A DNA stretch of 64,000 nucleotides from Escherichia phage REP5: the sequence record OQ174504.1; one strand, given 5' to 3'. A model generated the notes under the pieces. It saw nothing but the letters and a program-made list of their open reading frames with translations, was not told the origin of the DNA and searched no databases. A program made the position numbers and the translations under genes. The number at the start of each line of letters is the position of its first letter. The first letter of the stretch is position 1. Positions 53,856-63,034 of the stretch are shown here, one piece after another.

Positions 53856-55637
53856 TTAAAGCTGCTTGTCAATATTATTTCGAATATCACCAAGAGTTGT
53901 GTAGCCGAACTGCTCAGAGTCGCTAAAGACTAGACGTAAAGCACAAGCTGGATGTTCAAGTGCATCTGCAAAGCTCTGGAACCCATAGCCATCTACAGCT
54001 TTCAGATTTTCACCATCCCACATAGGTGCTACACCACCAAAAGCAGACTTCTTAACACCGCTATCTGTTTTAGGGTCTTTTGCAAGCATAATCTCTTTAC
54101 CACCAATGCTTGCAAGAGTTGCTTTGACAGCAAATGCAAAGGTATCACGAGTCATGTACTGGTAAGTGTAAGAACCCACACCAAACACTACGTTAGAGCT
54201 TGCAAAACCCATTTCATACAAACGCTTCAGGATTTCGTTTGCACGTTCCAACGTGATAGAGTCACCATAAATAAGGCCAATGTGTTCATCCAGTACCTTA
54301 AAACCTTTAGAGTTGATAGTCCCTCCAAAGATGTTATACAAGGTCTTAATAGCCCCATCAATCTCTGCTACAGGACGTGTTACAACGTTTGCAGAACCAA
54401 CCATATAAGCGTTTTTCAACATCACTGTATCAGCAACTTCAAAGTCTTCTCTGTCAACAACCATTTCGTAGCCTTCTGACAGTAGCCATCCAGCAATACC
54501 ATAATTGATGTTTTCAAGCTTCATGTTCAGGACGGTGCTCAGCATTGTATCACTAGCTTCCAGCTTGCTAAGATGTTCGTAATAAGCCTTTTTAGCACAC
54601 TCTAAATGGATTGCTTTGTATCCTGTGACAATATGTACAGGGTCTCCAGAGTCAGGACGAATTACCAGTTTACCATCACGTTCCATAATCTCTTTACGGA
54701 GTTCTGGTAATATAACTGATACAGTTCTCCAGAAGTTATAAGTATCTGAAACAACACTTGCAATACCAGTTGGGTAAGTTTCTGTTAAGAAACGACGGAA
54801 GGTTTGTAACTCACCTTTAAAACGTCTTTCTTCTTCAATCAACTCATTACCACCTTCCCAAGCAATGTTTGCACACATTACAGAGTGTTCAGTGGCTGGT
54901 ACAGAGCTACCAATATCAGAGATTGGGTAGGACTGTCCATAGATTCGTTTAGCCGTGTATACAGCAGGGAAGCTATCAGTCCCTTTAAAGCTGGTTAAGT
55001 GACCTACAGCATTAAATGCGTCATCAGTAAAGCCAGACATACCACGCATAGCAAAGTCATGGCACTGATAAGGCAAATGTAAGTCATTGTCACAAGTAAG
55101 GTCAGACCACTTCTTACAAATACGTTTGTAGTGCAATGCAATAGTTGCAATGGTACAAGCCTTCCAAATCTCAGCAGAGAAAGCATCTTCCAGATAACCT
55201 GCTACCCAATGGAAACCTGAAACAGTGTTCTGGAAGACAATCATTGGTACACGCATCGGAACAACTGTACCTTCTTCTACAGCGTATACTTCAACTGGTA
55301 GATAACCTAAGTCGTGAAGTGCTTCCCAATGCTCTCGACCGATAGCATCTTTACCTAGAACACCATTCATGACTTCTAAGATTTCGTCAACGGCTTCTTT
55401 TTTATCACGTTCAAAGAAAGTGGCGTTCCAGTGGTCTATCAAGTAATCTTTAACAAAACGTTGAATACCAAAAGCTACTACACCGTCAATTGCTAAAGGA
55501 CTGTTAAACCATTTATCACTACGTGGTGTCAGGTTCAACATAAGATATTGCGTAGCATCTGGATACTGATATATATGTGATGCCTTGTAAGCATCTGCAT
55601 TAAGACCTGCTGGTACTGCATAAAGTGATTTAGTCAT
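53856..55637 (-). CDS. nadV: nicotinamide phosphoribosyltransferase family protein (NadV/NAMPT-like; possibly a NARP1 Namat)
   Basis: 593-aa ORF; size and sequence character of NAMPT family (by recall); directly downstream of Prs-like gene. Confidence 0.7.
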   Translation of the reverse strand: MTKSLYAVPAGLNADAYKASHIYQYPDATQYLMLNLTPRSDKWFNSPLAIDGVVAFGIQRFVKDYLIDHWNATFFERDKKEAVDEILEVMNGVLGKDAIGREHWEALHDLGYLPVEVYAVEEGTVVPMRVPMIVFQNTVSGFHWVAGYLEDAFSAEIWKACTIATIALHYKRICKKWSDLTCDNDLHLPYQCHDFAMRGMSGFTDDAFNAVGHLTSFKGTDSFPAVYTAKRIYGQSYPISDIGSSVPATEHSVMCANIAWEGGNELIEEERRFKGELQTFRRFLTETYPTGIASVVSDTYNFWRTVSVILPELRKEIMERDGKLVIRPDSGDPVHIVTGYKAIHLECAKKAYYEHLSKLEASDTMLSTVLNMKLENINYGIAGWLLSEGYEMVVDREDFEVADTVMLKNAYMVGSANVVTRPVAEIDGAIKTLYNIFGGTINSKGFKVLDEHIGLIYGDSITLERANEILKRLYEMGFASSNVVFGVGSYTYQYMTRDTFAFAVKATLASIGGKEIMLAKDPKTDSGVKKSAFGGVAPMWDGENLKAVDGYGFQSFADALEHPACALRLVFSDSEQFGYTTLGDIRNNIDKQL

Positions 55638-55649
55638 CTTTTAATCTCT

Positions 55650-55675
55650 CTCAAAATGGGGCTTTTAAGCCCCTA
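55650..55675 (-). terminator. intergenic hairpin between Prs-like and NAMPT-like genes
   Basis: GGGGCTTAAAAGCCCC followed by ATTTT; may be attenuator rather than full terminator. Confidence 0.35.
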
Positions 55676-55682
55676 TAAACTT

Positions 55683-56582
55683 TCAATCAAGGTTTGCTAC
55701 AGTAACTTGACTATAATGTGTTAAGCTACGGTCTTTAGCTTCTCCTAAAGAGTTTGTAGTGTAGATGTGGTCAATACCATTGTCAAGTAAGTTTTCAACA
55801 CCTTTAGAGAAAATACCATGAGTTACATAGAGTTCCACACGTTTTGCACCTGCTTCACGTAGGTGTTTAGCTGCCTCTACGAAGGTTCGACCACCATCAC
55901 AGATATCATCAAGAATCATAACAGTTTTATCTGTCAAATCAACATCATCAAGGATTCGCATACCAGTAATTTCACCAGTCTTAAGGTTACGTACTTTAGA
56001 CATTGTGATATATGGTTTATCCACCTCTTTAGCAGTCTCTGCAATCTTCTTAGAAGCACCTGCATCTGGGGCTACTAAGTAATCAACCAGTGGGTCATTT
56101 GCATAGTGGACTGCAATTTCCTTTTGAGAAATACTCTGGAAGCAGTTAAACAGGTTATCTGATACATAACTGTGAGGGTCAACGGCACAGACTGCATCAA
56201 AACCCATTGCATTAACCTGTTGTGCAAACACTTTCAAAGCTGCTGCATCACCTTTAAACATGTGACGGTCATAACGTGCATTTGGCAAATAGTAAAAGAT
56301 AGCAGTCTTCATAGCAAACTTATGAGGTACTAAATCATCAATTGCCTCTTTAGCAAGTGCCACAGCAAATAATGTGTCCTTGTCATAACCTTTCACAATC
56401 ATAATCACATTGTTGATAGACGATGCTGCATAAGCAGTAAAATCAACAAGCTCTTGTGAAAAATGTCCACCAATCTCACCAGAAGGGAATTGGATGATGT
56501 TAAACTCTTCTTCATGAGTTCCTTTAGTCGGTGAATGAACTGTAACACGGATAGATGTTTTCATAGTTTCTCTCTTAGTCAA
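55683..56582 (-). CDS. prs: ribose-phosphate pyrophosphokinase family protein (Prs-like; possibly a NARP1 Adps)
   Basis: 299-aa ORF; PRPP-binding loop ILDDICDGGRT. Confidence 0.75.
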   Translation of the reverse strand: MTKRETMKTSIRVTVHSPTKGTHEEEFNIIQFPSGEIGGHFSQELVDFTAYAASSINNVIMIVKGYDKDTLFAVALAKEAIDDLVPHKFAMKTAIFYYLPNARYDRHMFKGDAAALKVFAQQVNAMGFDAVCAVDPHSYVSDNLFNCFQSISQKEIAVHYANDPLVDYLVAPDAGASKKIAETAKEVDKPYITMSKVRNLKTGEITGMRILDDVDLTDKTVMILDDICDGGRTFVEAAKHLREAGAKRVELYVTHGIFSKGVENLLDNGIDHIYTTNSLGEAKDRSLTHYSQVTVANLD

Positions 56583-56853
56583 AAGTTACGTTTGTTACTG
56601 CCATTGCAGATTTGCATTTTGCAGGGTCTACAACGTGATAAAGTACACTACAGTTACCTGTGCTGTCTGGTACAGGCTTTACCCATTGATGCTTTATAGT
56701 TGGCTCTCCTAAGTCTTTGTAAGAACCATCTGTAAAGTTGTTTACCATCTCAAGTGCAATTGGTTCTGGAACATGACCACGTATCATGTACATTTCACAA
56801 CCATTACCGCCTTCACTGACTAATGGTAAAATCTCCCACTTCTCTTTAGCCAT
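56575..56853 (-). CDS. hypothetical protein
   Basis: 92-aa ORF. Confidence 0.4.
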   Translation of the reverse strand: MAKEKWEILPLVSEGGNGCEMYMIRGHVPEPIALEMVNNFTDGSYKDLGEPTIKHQWVKPVPDSTGNCSVLYHVVDPAKCKSAMAVTNVTFD

Positions 56854-57361
56854 TGTAAGTTGCCCTATAAACTGTCTCGAACTTCAACAGGAGAGATATT
56901 GCCAAATCTGTATAGTTGTTGTCAAGCACATCTGGCATATTATTTTTGATATATTTCTCTTGTTCTTCATAGGTCATCTTAGGGATACTTAGGAGGCTAT
57001 CCCCTTGCTTCTGGTTATCAAGTTTAGTCTGAATAAACCAGTTTGCACAGTGATGCTCACCACCCTTTGTAACAGGTTTGTAGTGGCCTAATGTGAAGGA
57101 TTGACTACCTGTGTATCTGCAAAGTTTATTGAGTACCGTAATGGTGTTCTTCACAACAAAACATTCATACAGGTTGTCTATGGTGTAGTGTGGGTAATAT
57201 CGGAATAGTGCTCTTTCACGAGTACTCTCACGATTCCAGAGAACCATATGATTAGAGTTAGAAGGGTCGTATTGGTGGGAGTCAATGAACTCTTGACGTT
57301 CCTCAAAGCTAAGTCTTAACACTGACATTGCAGCAGAACGTTTTAGGTTTGACAGATACAT
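56846..57361 (-). CDS. hypothetical protein with HNH-like motif
   Basis: 171-aa ORF; HYKPVTKGGEHHCANW resembles HNH core (weak). Confidence 0.35.
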   Translation of the reverse strand: MYLSNLKRSAAMSVLRLSFEERQEFIDSHQYDPSNSNHMVLWNRESTRERALFRYYPHYTIDNLYECFVVKNTITVLNKLCRYTGSQSFTLGHYKPVTKGGEHHCANWFIQTKLDNQKQGDSLLSIPKMTYEEQEKYIKNNMPDVLDNNYTDLAISLLLKFETVYRATYNG

Positions 57362-57371
57362 TTTATCTCCA

Positions 57372-57400
57372 AAATAAAAAGGGAACCTTTACAGTTCCCC
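57372..57400 (-). terminator. rho-independent terminator
   Basis: Minus-strand hairpin GGGAACTGTAAAGGTTCCC followed by TTTTTATTTT. Confidence 0.6.
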
Positions 57401-57412
57401 TATAGTATCTGT

Positions 57413-57733
57413 TTACTGAGCTACTTTCAAGATACTTGTGAATGAAATCTCACTCTCATCCATAAACTCTTTTGCTTCTCCAGTAACTTTTACAAAGTTA
57501 TCTAGGCAGATAATCTTCTTATCTTTCTTGCTGTAGGTTAGCTTAACCTTTTCAATATCTTTCTTAGAGCTTTCCTCTCCATTGAAGAGTTTTACAGCCT
57601 CTTTGAATGGTAGATATGAGCCGTCATTATCACTAATGAACCCTGTGCCACAATAGTAGTAGTTATACTCTTTAGCCATAAACTTGCACAGTACGAAAAT
57701 CTGTAATTTACGAGTGTTATAAACTTTGCTCAT
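57413..57733 (-). CDS. hypothetical protein
   Basis: 106-aa ORF. Confidence 0.4.
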   Translation of the reverse strand: MSKVYNTRKLQIFVLCKFMAKEYNYYYCGTGFISDNDGSYLPFKEAVKLFNGEESSKKDIEKVKLTYSKKDKKIICLDNFVKVTGEAKEFMDESEISFTSILKVAQ

Positions 57734-57735
57734 GA

Positions 57736-57993
57736 TTATTTAGCCTTCTTGTTACGTTTACGGTTACGAGCTTTCTTAGCTGCTCGTTTAATAGCTGCTG
57801 CACCAGACGGACGGTGGGCTTGTTTCTTACCACCTTTGCCACGGCCTACATAGATACTTTTCATAATCTCATTAGCCAGCTTCTCATCCATCTTAAAGTT
57901 CTGCATAAGATGAGTCACATCAACACCAGTGAGCATACCTAGTGATGCCAGTGCTGCTTTTACTTTTGATTTAAAACTGTTCCAGAGTCCCAT
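57736..57993 (-). CDS. small basic protein
   Basis: 85-aa ORF with Lys/Arg-rich C-terminus. Confidence 0.4.
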   Translation of the reverse strand: MGLWNSFKSKVKAALASLGMLTGVDVTHLMQNFKMDEKLANEIMKSIYVGRGKGGKKQAHRPSGAAAIKRAAKKARNRKRNKKAK

Positions 57994-58265
57994 TTCGTAT
58001 CTCTCTCAATCTTTTCACAAAATGTTTTAAGTTCTTCTTCAGTGACACCAACAATACTATCACCGACGTTTAAATTTGTTTTGTAGAATATTGTGTAATG
58101 GCCTTTGCCAACAACTTCGAATGTTCCAGCTTTCTCAATCTCTGCTAAAGCTTCCATTCCAACATTACCGAAGAGTGAGTTTGTATACTTTTTCCACTCA
58201 TCGAGGAGTTCGGTCTTAACCTTATAAGTGCCTAACAAAGCACTGTTAAAAGAGATAATCATCAT
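57960..58265 (-). CDS. hypothetical protein (start uncertain)
   Basis: ORF 57960..58418 trimmed to an internal Met so it does not overlap nrdG. Confidence 0.3.
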   Translation of the reverse strand: MMIISFNSALLGTYKVKTELLDEWKKYTNSLFGNVGMEALAEIEKAGTFEVVGKGHYTIFYKTNLNVGDSIVGVTEEELKTFCEKIERDTKWDSGTVLNQK

Positions 58266-58299
58266 CTCACCCTTTCCGTAGCCAATTTTACGACGAGAT

Positions 58300-58785
58300 T
58301 TACTCTGCTCGCCACTGACAATCACCTTGCCACCCATACTCTTTTCTCCAGAGGTTTTGGTTATCAGAACCACGATATGGTTTAACTGTTGGTTTAGATG
58401 AATCATACTTACCATCAATCACCACGTCAACATATTTCATTACATCTAGGTGAATTTTTTCGTGTAACTGAAAACCTGTCCAGAGCCATATAGTCTTCTC
58501 TGGGTAAACAGTTTTAACACGTTTGCATATGTCTGTAACCTCTTGAATATTTCTATCATCCAGAGGTTCTCCACCAAGTATTGACAAACCACTGACAGCA
58601 TTATCACCCATTAGCTGGATGATTCCGTAGAGGTTTGCATAAGTGAACACTTTACCAGCATTAAACTTCCAAGACTCCCTGTTAAAGCAACCTTCACAGT
58701 GATGTTTACAGCCAGCTACGAAGAGGCTTACACGAACCCCTTCACCATTAGCTGTGTCAAATGGTCTAATCTCCATGTAATTCAT
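58300..58785 (-). CDS. nrdG: anaerobic ribonucleotide reductase activating protein
   Basis: 161-aa ORF; radical-SAM cluster motif CKHHCEGC. Confidence 0.8.
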   Translation of the reverse strand: MNYMEIRPFDTANGEGVRVSLFVAGCKHHCEGCFNRESWKFNAGKVFTYANLYGIIQLMGDNAVSGLSILGGEPLDDRNIQEVTDICKRVKTVYPEKTIWLWTGFQLHEKIHLDVMKYVDVVIDGKYDSSKPTVKPYRGSDNQNLWRKEYGWQGDCQWRAE

Positions 58786-58794
58786 CTAGTTACC

Positions 58795-59094
58795 TCACCA
58801 ATACATATAAGTGTTCTTAGCGGCTTTCTTTGGAGACTTGCTATCAATGTCAAAGTCTTCATCTAAGAAGGATGTCTTAGAAAGCTGCCTGATTTGTGTT
58901 CTTGTAAGACGTTTAGTAGCCTTCTTAATCTCTCTACAAGGCTGACTTGTGAAGTCGTAAGAGCCACCTTTTCTGGACATCATATCAGAGTGGTAGTAGA
59001 CCTCTGAAGCATTTTCTCTGTTACGTACCTCATTTCTCCACTCATAGAGTCCATGAACGTTCTTTAAACCTTTTCTTCGAATTGTTTTACTCAT
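58795..59094 (-). CDS. hypothetical protein
   Basis: 99-aa ORF. Confidence 0.4.
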   Translation of the reverse strand: MSKTIRRKGLKNVHGLYEWRNEVRNRENASEVYYHSDMMSRKGGSYDFTSQPCREIKKATKRLTRTQIRQLSKTSFLDEDFDIDSKSPKKAAKNTYMYW

Positions 59095-59486
59095 TCAAAC
59101 ACCACCTGACAAGGAACCTGTTTAGTAATAAATTCTTCACAGTGTTCTTTAATGAAGTTTTGTAATGGTACACAGTCTTGTGCACAAGTCATTAGCATAA
59201 TGTACTCTGGATTCATAATATTTTCAAGACTGTAGAAGACAACATCGTTAGATAGTTCATGACCGTCTTCTTCAGACCAAGTTCCAGTGACTACAGCTAA
59301 TTTGTCAAGCAATTCATTAGGTAATGCTACACCATCTTCTACAGAATCACTTAGAACATTGTCACTGATGTACAATGTGAAGACCGTGTGGAATGTTGAG
59401 TACCTTACGTGATTCTTTTCGCAAGAGCCACACTCTGAGGCGTAATCTTTAAGCCACTCTAACTGTTTTTGGTTTAACTTCATCAT
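59091..59486 (-). CDS. hypothetical protein
   Basis: 131-aa ORF. Confidence 0.4.
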   Translation of the reverse strand: MMKLNQKQLEWLKDYASECGSCEKNHVRYSTFHTVFTLYISDNVLSDSVEDGVALPNELLDKLAVVTGTWSEEDGHELSNDVVFYSLENIMNPEYIMLMTCAQDCVPLQNFIKEHCEEFITKQVPCQVVFE

Positions 59487-59698
59487 AATTTCACCTTAGT
59501 TGGTAATGCACTGAATGCTATAGCTAACCCTAAAAATGGTTTGAAACATGACCATAAATCCATCTGACCATGATATGAGAAACTCCATTGTGGGTCTGAA
59601 AAACCCCATACCATAATGCTAACCCCAAAGAAGAAGACTGTTATATGTAGTATGGGTATCAATACTTTTAAGAGTGTTGTCATTGTTAATTCCACCAT
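59483..59698 (-). CDS. small membrane protein
   Basis: 71-aa ORF with two hydrophobic segments. Confidence 0.35.
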   Translation of the reverse strand: MVELTMTTLLKVLIPILHITVFFFGVSIMVWGFSDPQWSFSYHGQMDLWSCFKPFLGLAIAFSALPTKVKL

Positions 59699-60072
59699 AT
59701 AGTTTTACCATTATCACATGTGTAAAGATACTCTACAGAAGTTTGTGGGACAAGTATAGTGGTGCTACCACTAAGTACACTCACAAAATGAGTAACCTCA
59801 CGATGCTGATGAGTTTTTACACAATTGTTTGCCTCCATCCATATCACAGTTTTGTATGAATAGAATACCGCCAAGACACAAAGTGTAATAACTCCAACTA
59901 TCATGGCAAACTCAGGCAAAAAATCTGACTGTATGATGTCTCTAAATCGCATTATTCCAAGAATAAATAAGATTATCAGACATACAATCCCACAAACTGC
60001 TACATAAAGCCACAAGTCCATAATGTAACTCCAAATAAAAAGGTGATGTAAGCCTATCAAGACCCACATCAC
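59686..60072 (-). CDS. multi-pass membrane protein
   Basis: 128-aa ORF with 3-4 hydrophobic segments. Confidence 0.4.
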   Translation of the reverse strand: MMWVLIGLHHLFIWSYIMDLWLYVAVCGIVCLIILFILGIMRFRDIIQSDFLPEFAMIVGVITLCVLAVFYSYKTVIWMEANNCVKTHQHREVTHFVSVLSGSTTILVPQTSVEYLYTCDNGKTIWWN

Positions 60073-60083
60073 CTTGTCAAGTT

Positions 60084-61031
60084 TTACATAGAAACCCTAT
60101 CCTTAATTTCTGCCATCTTAGCGTCATTCATTCGAGACTGACCTTTAATTTTTGTGAATGACAAGTACCCACACACCCTGTTAATCACAGAGATATCATG
60201 TGAATGGCAAACCTCACATTCTTCAACATCAGCCTTTGGTCTGTGACCACAATGTTCACAGATTGCTAAGTCAAAGTTAAGTCCTTGATAAAAACCTTTC
60301 AACATCCCTCTTGTAATACAACTTTTAAGTGCTGATAAGTTTTCTGGATTAGCTACCCTTACATACTGGATTCTTCCGCCTCTACAGATATGGAAGAAGG
60401 GTTCTTCTAAGTCCTGCTTCTCAAATGGTGTAATATCTGCTGCAACATTCATATGGAAACTGTTTGTAAAGTATTCCTTATCAGAAACACCTTTGATAAC
60501 ACCAAACATATCTCTGAACTGTTTTAGCTGAGTCCCACAAAGTGATTCTGCTGGAGTGCCATAGACTGCATATAAGAAACCGTCTTCATTTTTAAACTCT
60601 TCAGTTTTCATGTTGATGTATTCCAGAACATCGTATGCAAAACTACAGCTTCCAACTTCATGAAGTCGTTTACCTTCAGCAAGAACAGATAGCTCATCAA
60701 GCGCAGTAACCCCAAAAGAAGCTGTGAAGGACTTCACAATATCCCAACCAACCCTGTCAGTAGGCTTCTTAGTTCCTTTATACAGACCACCTTGTGTAAA
60801 TGCAAGAGGGTTAGAACTTGCTGGCATATTAGCAATCATTTCGTAACGTTTCTTGTGGAAGTTGCGAATCATCTCTAGGTACTTATCAAGCTCTTTCCAG
60901 AAATCTAAACCATTCTCTTTAGAGTACTGGTAAATCATTGGCAAGTTCAAAGATACAGCACCAATGTTGGCACGACCTACATAAAACTCTTCACCATATT
61001 CGTTATGGTATGGTGATAAAAATGCTCTACA
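60084..61031 (-). CDS. nrdD: anaerobic ribonucleoside-triphosphate reductase, exon 2
   Basis: Begins CRAFL...GRANIGAVSLNLP; C-terminal zinc ribbon CEHC..CEVC and glycyl-radical motif RVCGYLS. Confidence 0.75.
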   Translation of the reverse strand, partial: CRAFLSPYHNEYGEEFYVGRANIGAVSLNLPMIYQYSKENGLDFWKELDKYLEMIRNFHKKRYEMIANMPASSNPLAFTQGGLYKGTKKPTDRVGWDIVKSFTASFGVTALDELSVLAEGKRLHEVGSCSFAYDVLEYINMKTEEFKNEDGFLYAVYGTPAESLCGTQLKQFRDMFGVIKGVSDKEYFTNSFHMNVAADITPFEKQDLEEPFFHICRGGRIQYVRVANPENLSALKSCITRGMLKGFYQGLNFDLAICEHCGHRPKADVEECEVCHSHDISVINRVCGYLSFTKIKGQSRMNDAKMAEIKDRVSM

Positions 61032-61347
61032 CTTGTTGTTCAGGTAAGTTCGCTAAGCTTACCCCGCTTTATTCAAGCTGCTTACTGTCGCCAGTAAGTC
61101 CAGACTATATCTTCTACTTATTTCTAAGTAGCGTACCATTTCGAGTCGCTTGACCCTACACCGCTACATTCATCACGGTTAGTCGTTCGGCATTTAGATG
61201 TATTCAAACTCATATTCGAAGTTATTTGGCATGTAAGACCCCTATGTTGTATAGTTTCTTACATCGTACATCATTTAGCACAGGATTGTCTACATCTGTA
61301 GAGTTTCCCTGTTTAGGCACGTTTTAGATGAGCTATAGAGCTTGTTA
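61032..61347 (-). other. group I intron (ORF-less) in nrdD
   Basis: 316 nt between exons; P/Q/R/S-like elements TGCCTAAACAGGGAAA, AATCCTGTGC, GAACGACTAACC, AAGATATAGTC; P9-like hairpin CTTACTG-GCGA-CAGTAAG; 5' exon ends in U, intron ends in G. Confidence 0.65.
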
Positions 61348-62544
61348 ACCCATCGGCGAAATAACCTTGCCAGAACGCTCAAAAGCTTCTGCTACAGCAC
61401 CATGACCAGATACACTTAAGAAGTCTGGATACATTGCTTTAGAACAACACTCAATAGCTTTACTGTACAGGTGGCCTTGACAGATATTCTCATTGTGTCT
61501 CTTCTGGTCATAAATATAAACCAGTTTAGGGAATACAACAGGCTTCTTGCTCTTACCTTGTCCATTCATACGAACATCTAGGAGAGTACTTGCAATCATG
61601 TATTGCAGTCGGTTGTCTTCATTAGACATGTCTGAGTCAAGTAACCCAAATGTCAAAGTTGTGAATGCAAAATCCCCACGACTACAAGGTACAGTATTTA
61701 GTTTCATTTCAAGTGACTGGAAACCTTGAGTTAGCTCAATCTGTAGCTGCTCCATGACATAATTGTGGTGATGTTCTTTAGGAATACCATAAGATGCTGC
61801 TTTCTCAGCATGATAGCGTAGAGACTTCTTAGCATACGGTACAAGTACCTTATCAATCTCTGCTAAAGTAAAGCCACCAAATTGCTGTGCAGTTGCTGAA
61901 AGTACTACGTCACCAATAACCTGTAAGGCTGATAGTACAGATTTAGGTTCACAGTATTCAATGCCAGACATTTCAAAGCCACCTTTCAGTACTTTACCAA
62001 TGTCAAACAGGCAACAGTTGATACCACCAAAAATTAGGTCTCTTAAATCATGGATATAGATAAACCCTTTTTCAATGGCTTCCAATTCCTCTGGTGTTAA
62101 ATGGTACTGTTTAAAGATTTCTTTAGTCAGGTAACCACGGATAATTGAACCTTTCGTAGAAATTAAACTGCTGTCAAAGTTAGCATTTTCACGGTCACCT
62201 AAGAAGAGTGTATCTTTAGTCTTCTGGTAGAGTTCATCCCAGTTTTGAGCAACCTCTTTACGGTAATTTCTATATGTTGAGTAAGACTCATAAATCTCGT
62301 GATTGACTTCTGCCAAAGCACCCTCAACAATACTGTGAATATCATTTACTGAAACGAGTAAATTATTCTGCTTAGTAGATTTTACCAGAATCCTCATAAA
62401 TGCTGACTCAAGAGCTTGAGTAACATCTGGTGGAAGCTCTTTATAACCAACTCTGTTAGCTGACTTTGTGACTGCTGCTAAAACTTTTTTGATATCAGGT
62501 TCTTCAAGTGAGCCATTCTTTTTAATAATCTGTACTTTGTTCAT
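61348..62544 (-). CDS. nrdD: anaerobic ribonucleoside-triphosphate reductase, exon 1 (ATP-cone N-terminus)
   Basis: N-terminal ATP-cone-like VQIIKKNGSLEEPDIKKV; exon ends ...VISPMG before intron. Confidence 0.75.
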
Positions 62545-62561
62545 TATTGCCCCTTTACATG

Positions 62562-62586
62562 CTAAAAAGGTCTCCGAAGAGACCCT
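62562..62586 (-). terminator. rho-independent terminator
   Basis: Minus-strand hairpin GGTCTCTTCGGAGACC followed by TTTTT. Confidence 0.6.
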
Positions 62587-62592
62587 TTCATT

Positions 62593-62799
62593 TTAAATCT
62601 TTTTAGAAAACTTCGCAAAGAGTTCTCTTAGTTTTTCAGTGATGCCAAGATGTATCTCTAGGATTTCAAATATAACCCATAGTAACATGACTCCAAACAA
62701 CAAACCTTGTTTAAAGTCAGTAAATAGGTTAGCAATAAGCATACCAATTACAATAACTGGTGCATCAATAACCAAACCTTCCCAAAGGCGTTTAAGCAT
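62593..62799 (-). CDS. small two-TM membrane protein
   Basis: 68-aa ORF. Confidence 0.35.
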   Translation of the reverse strand: MLKRLWEGLVIDAPVIVIGMLIANLFTDFKQGLLFGVMLLWVIFEILEIHLGITEKLRELFAKFSKKI

Positions 62800-63034
62800 T
62801 ATTCACCTCTGCCATAAAATTCTGTAGCGTCCCAACAGGTTTTAGGTTTTGTCCATCAGTTTTCATGATGAATGGCATCTGACGAACTGGCATCTGTGCA
62901 ATGTCCATTAGTTCCGATAGCTCATAGTCCTGCCCTAACATTCTCACAACATGGTCAATACCACGAGCTTTTGCAAAATTCTTTGCAGTCTCACACTGAG
63001 GGCATCCAGTTTTGGAGTAAATTACATAAGTCAT
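62792..63034 (-). CDS. nrdH: glutaredoxin/NrdH-like redoxin
   Basis: 80-aa ORF with N-terminal CPQC; sits between nrdB and nrdD. Confidence 0.55.
   Translation of the reverse strand: MTYVIYSKTGCPQCETAKNFAKARGIDHVVRMLGQDYELSELMDIAQMPVRQMPFIMKTDGQNLKPVGTLQNFMAEVNNA

Noticed and set aside
53952-54479. 175-aa plus-strand ORF inside the NAMPT-like gene
   Set aside because: Antisense shadow ORF within a strongly supported 593-aa gene.
60938-61153. 71-aa plus-strand ORF overlapping the nrdD intron (possible homing endonuclease)
   Set aside because: Wrong strand relative to the intron, no nuclease motifs (LAGLIDADG, GIY-YIG, HNH) and no RBS; the intron appears ORF-less.
61032-61347. Intein or simple pseudogenisation splitting nrdD
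   Set aside because: The intervening sequence is out of frame and contains stop codons, so it is not an in-frame intein. Both halves stay intact with conserved motifs, and the gap carries group I core elements, so an intron is the better explanation.
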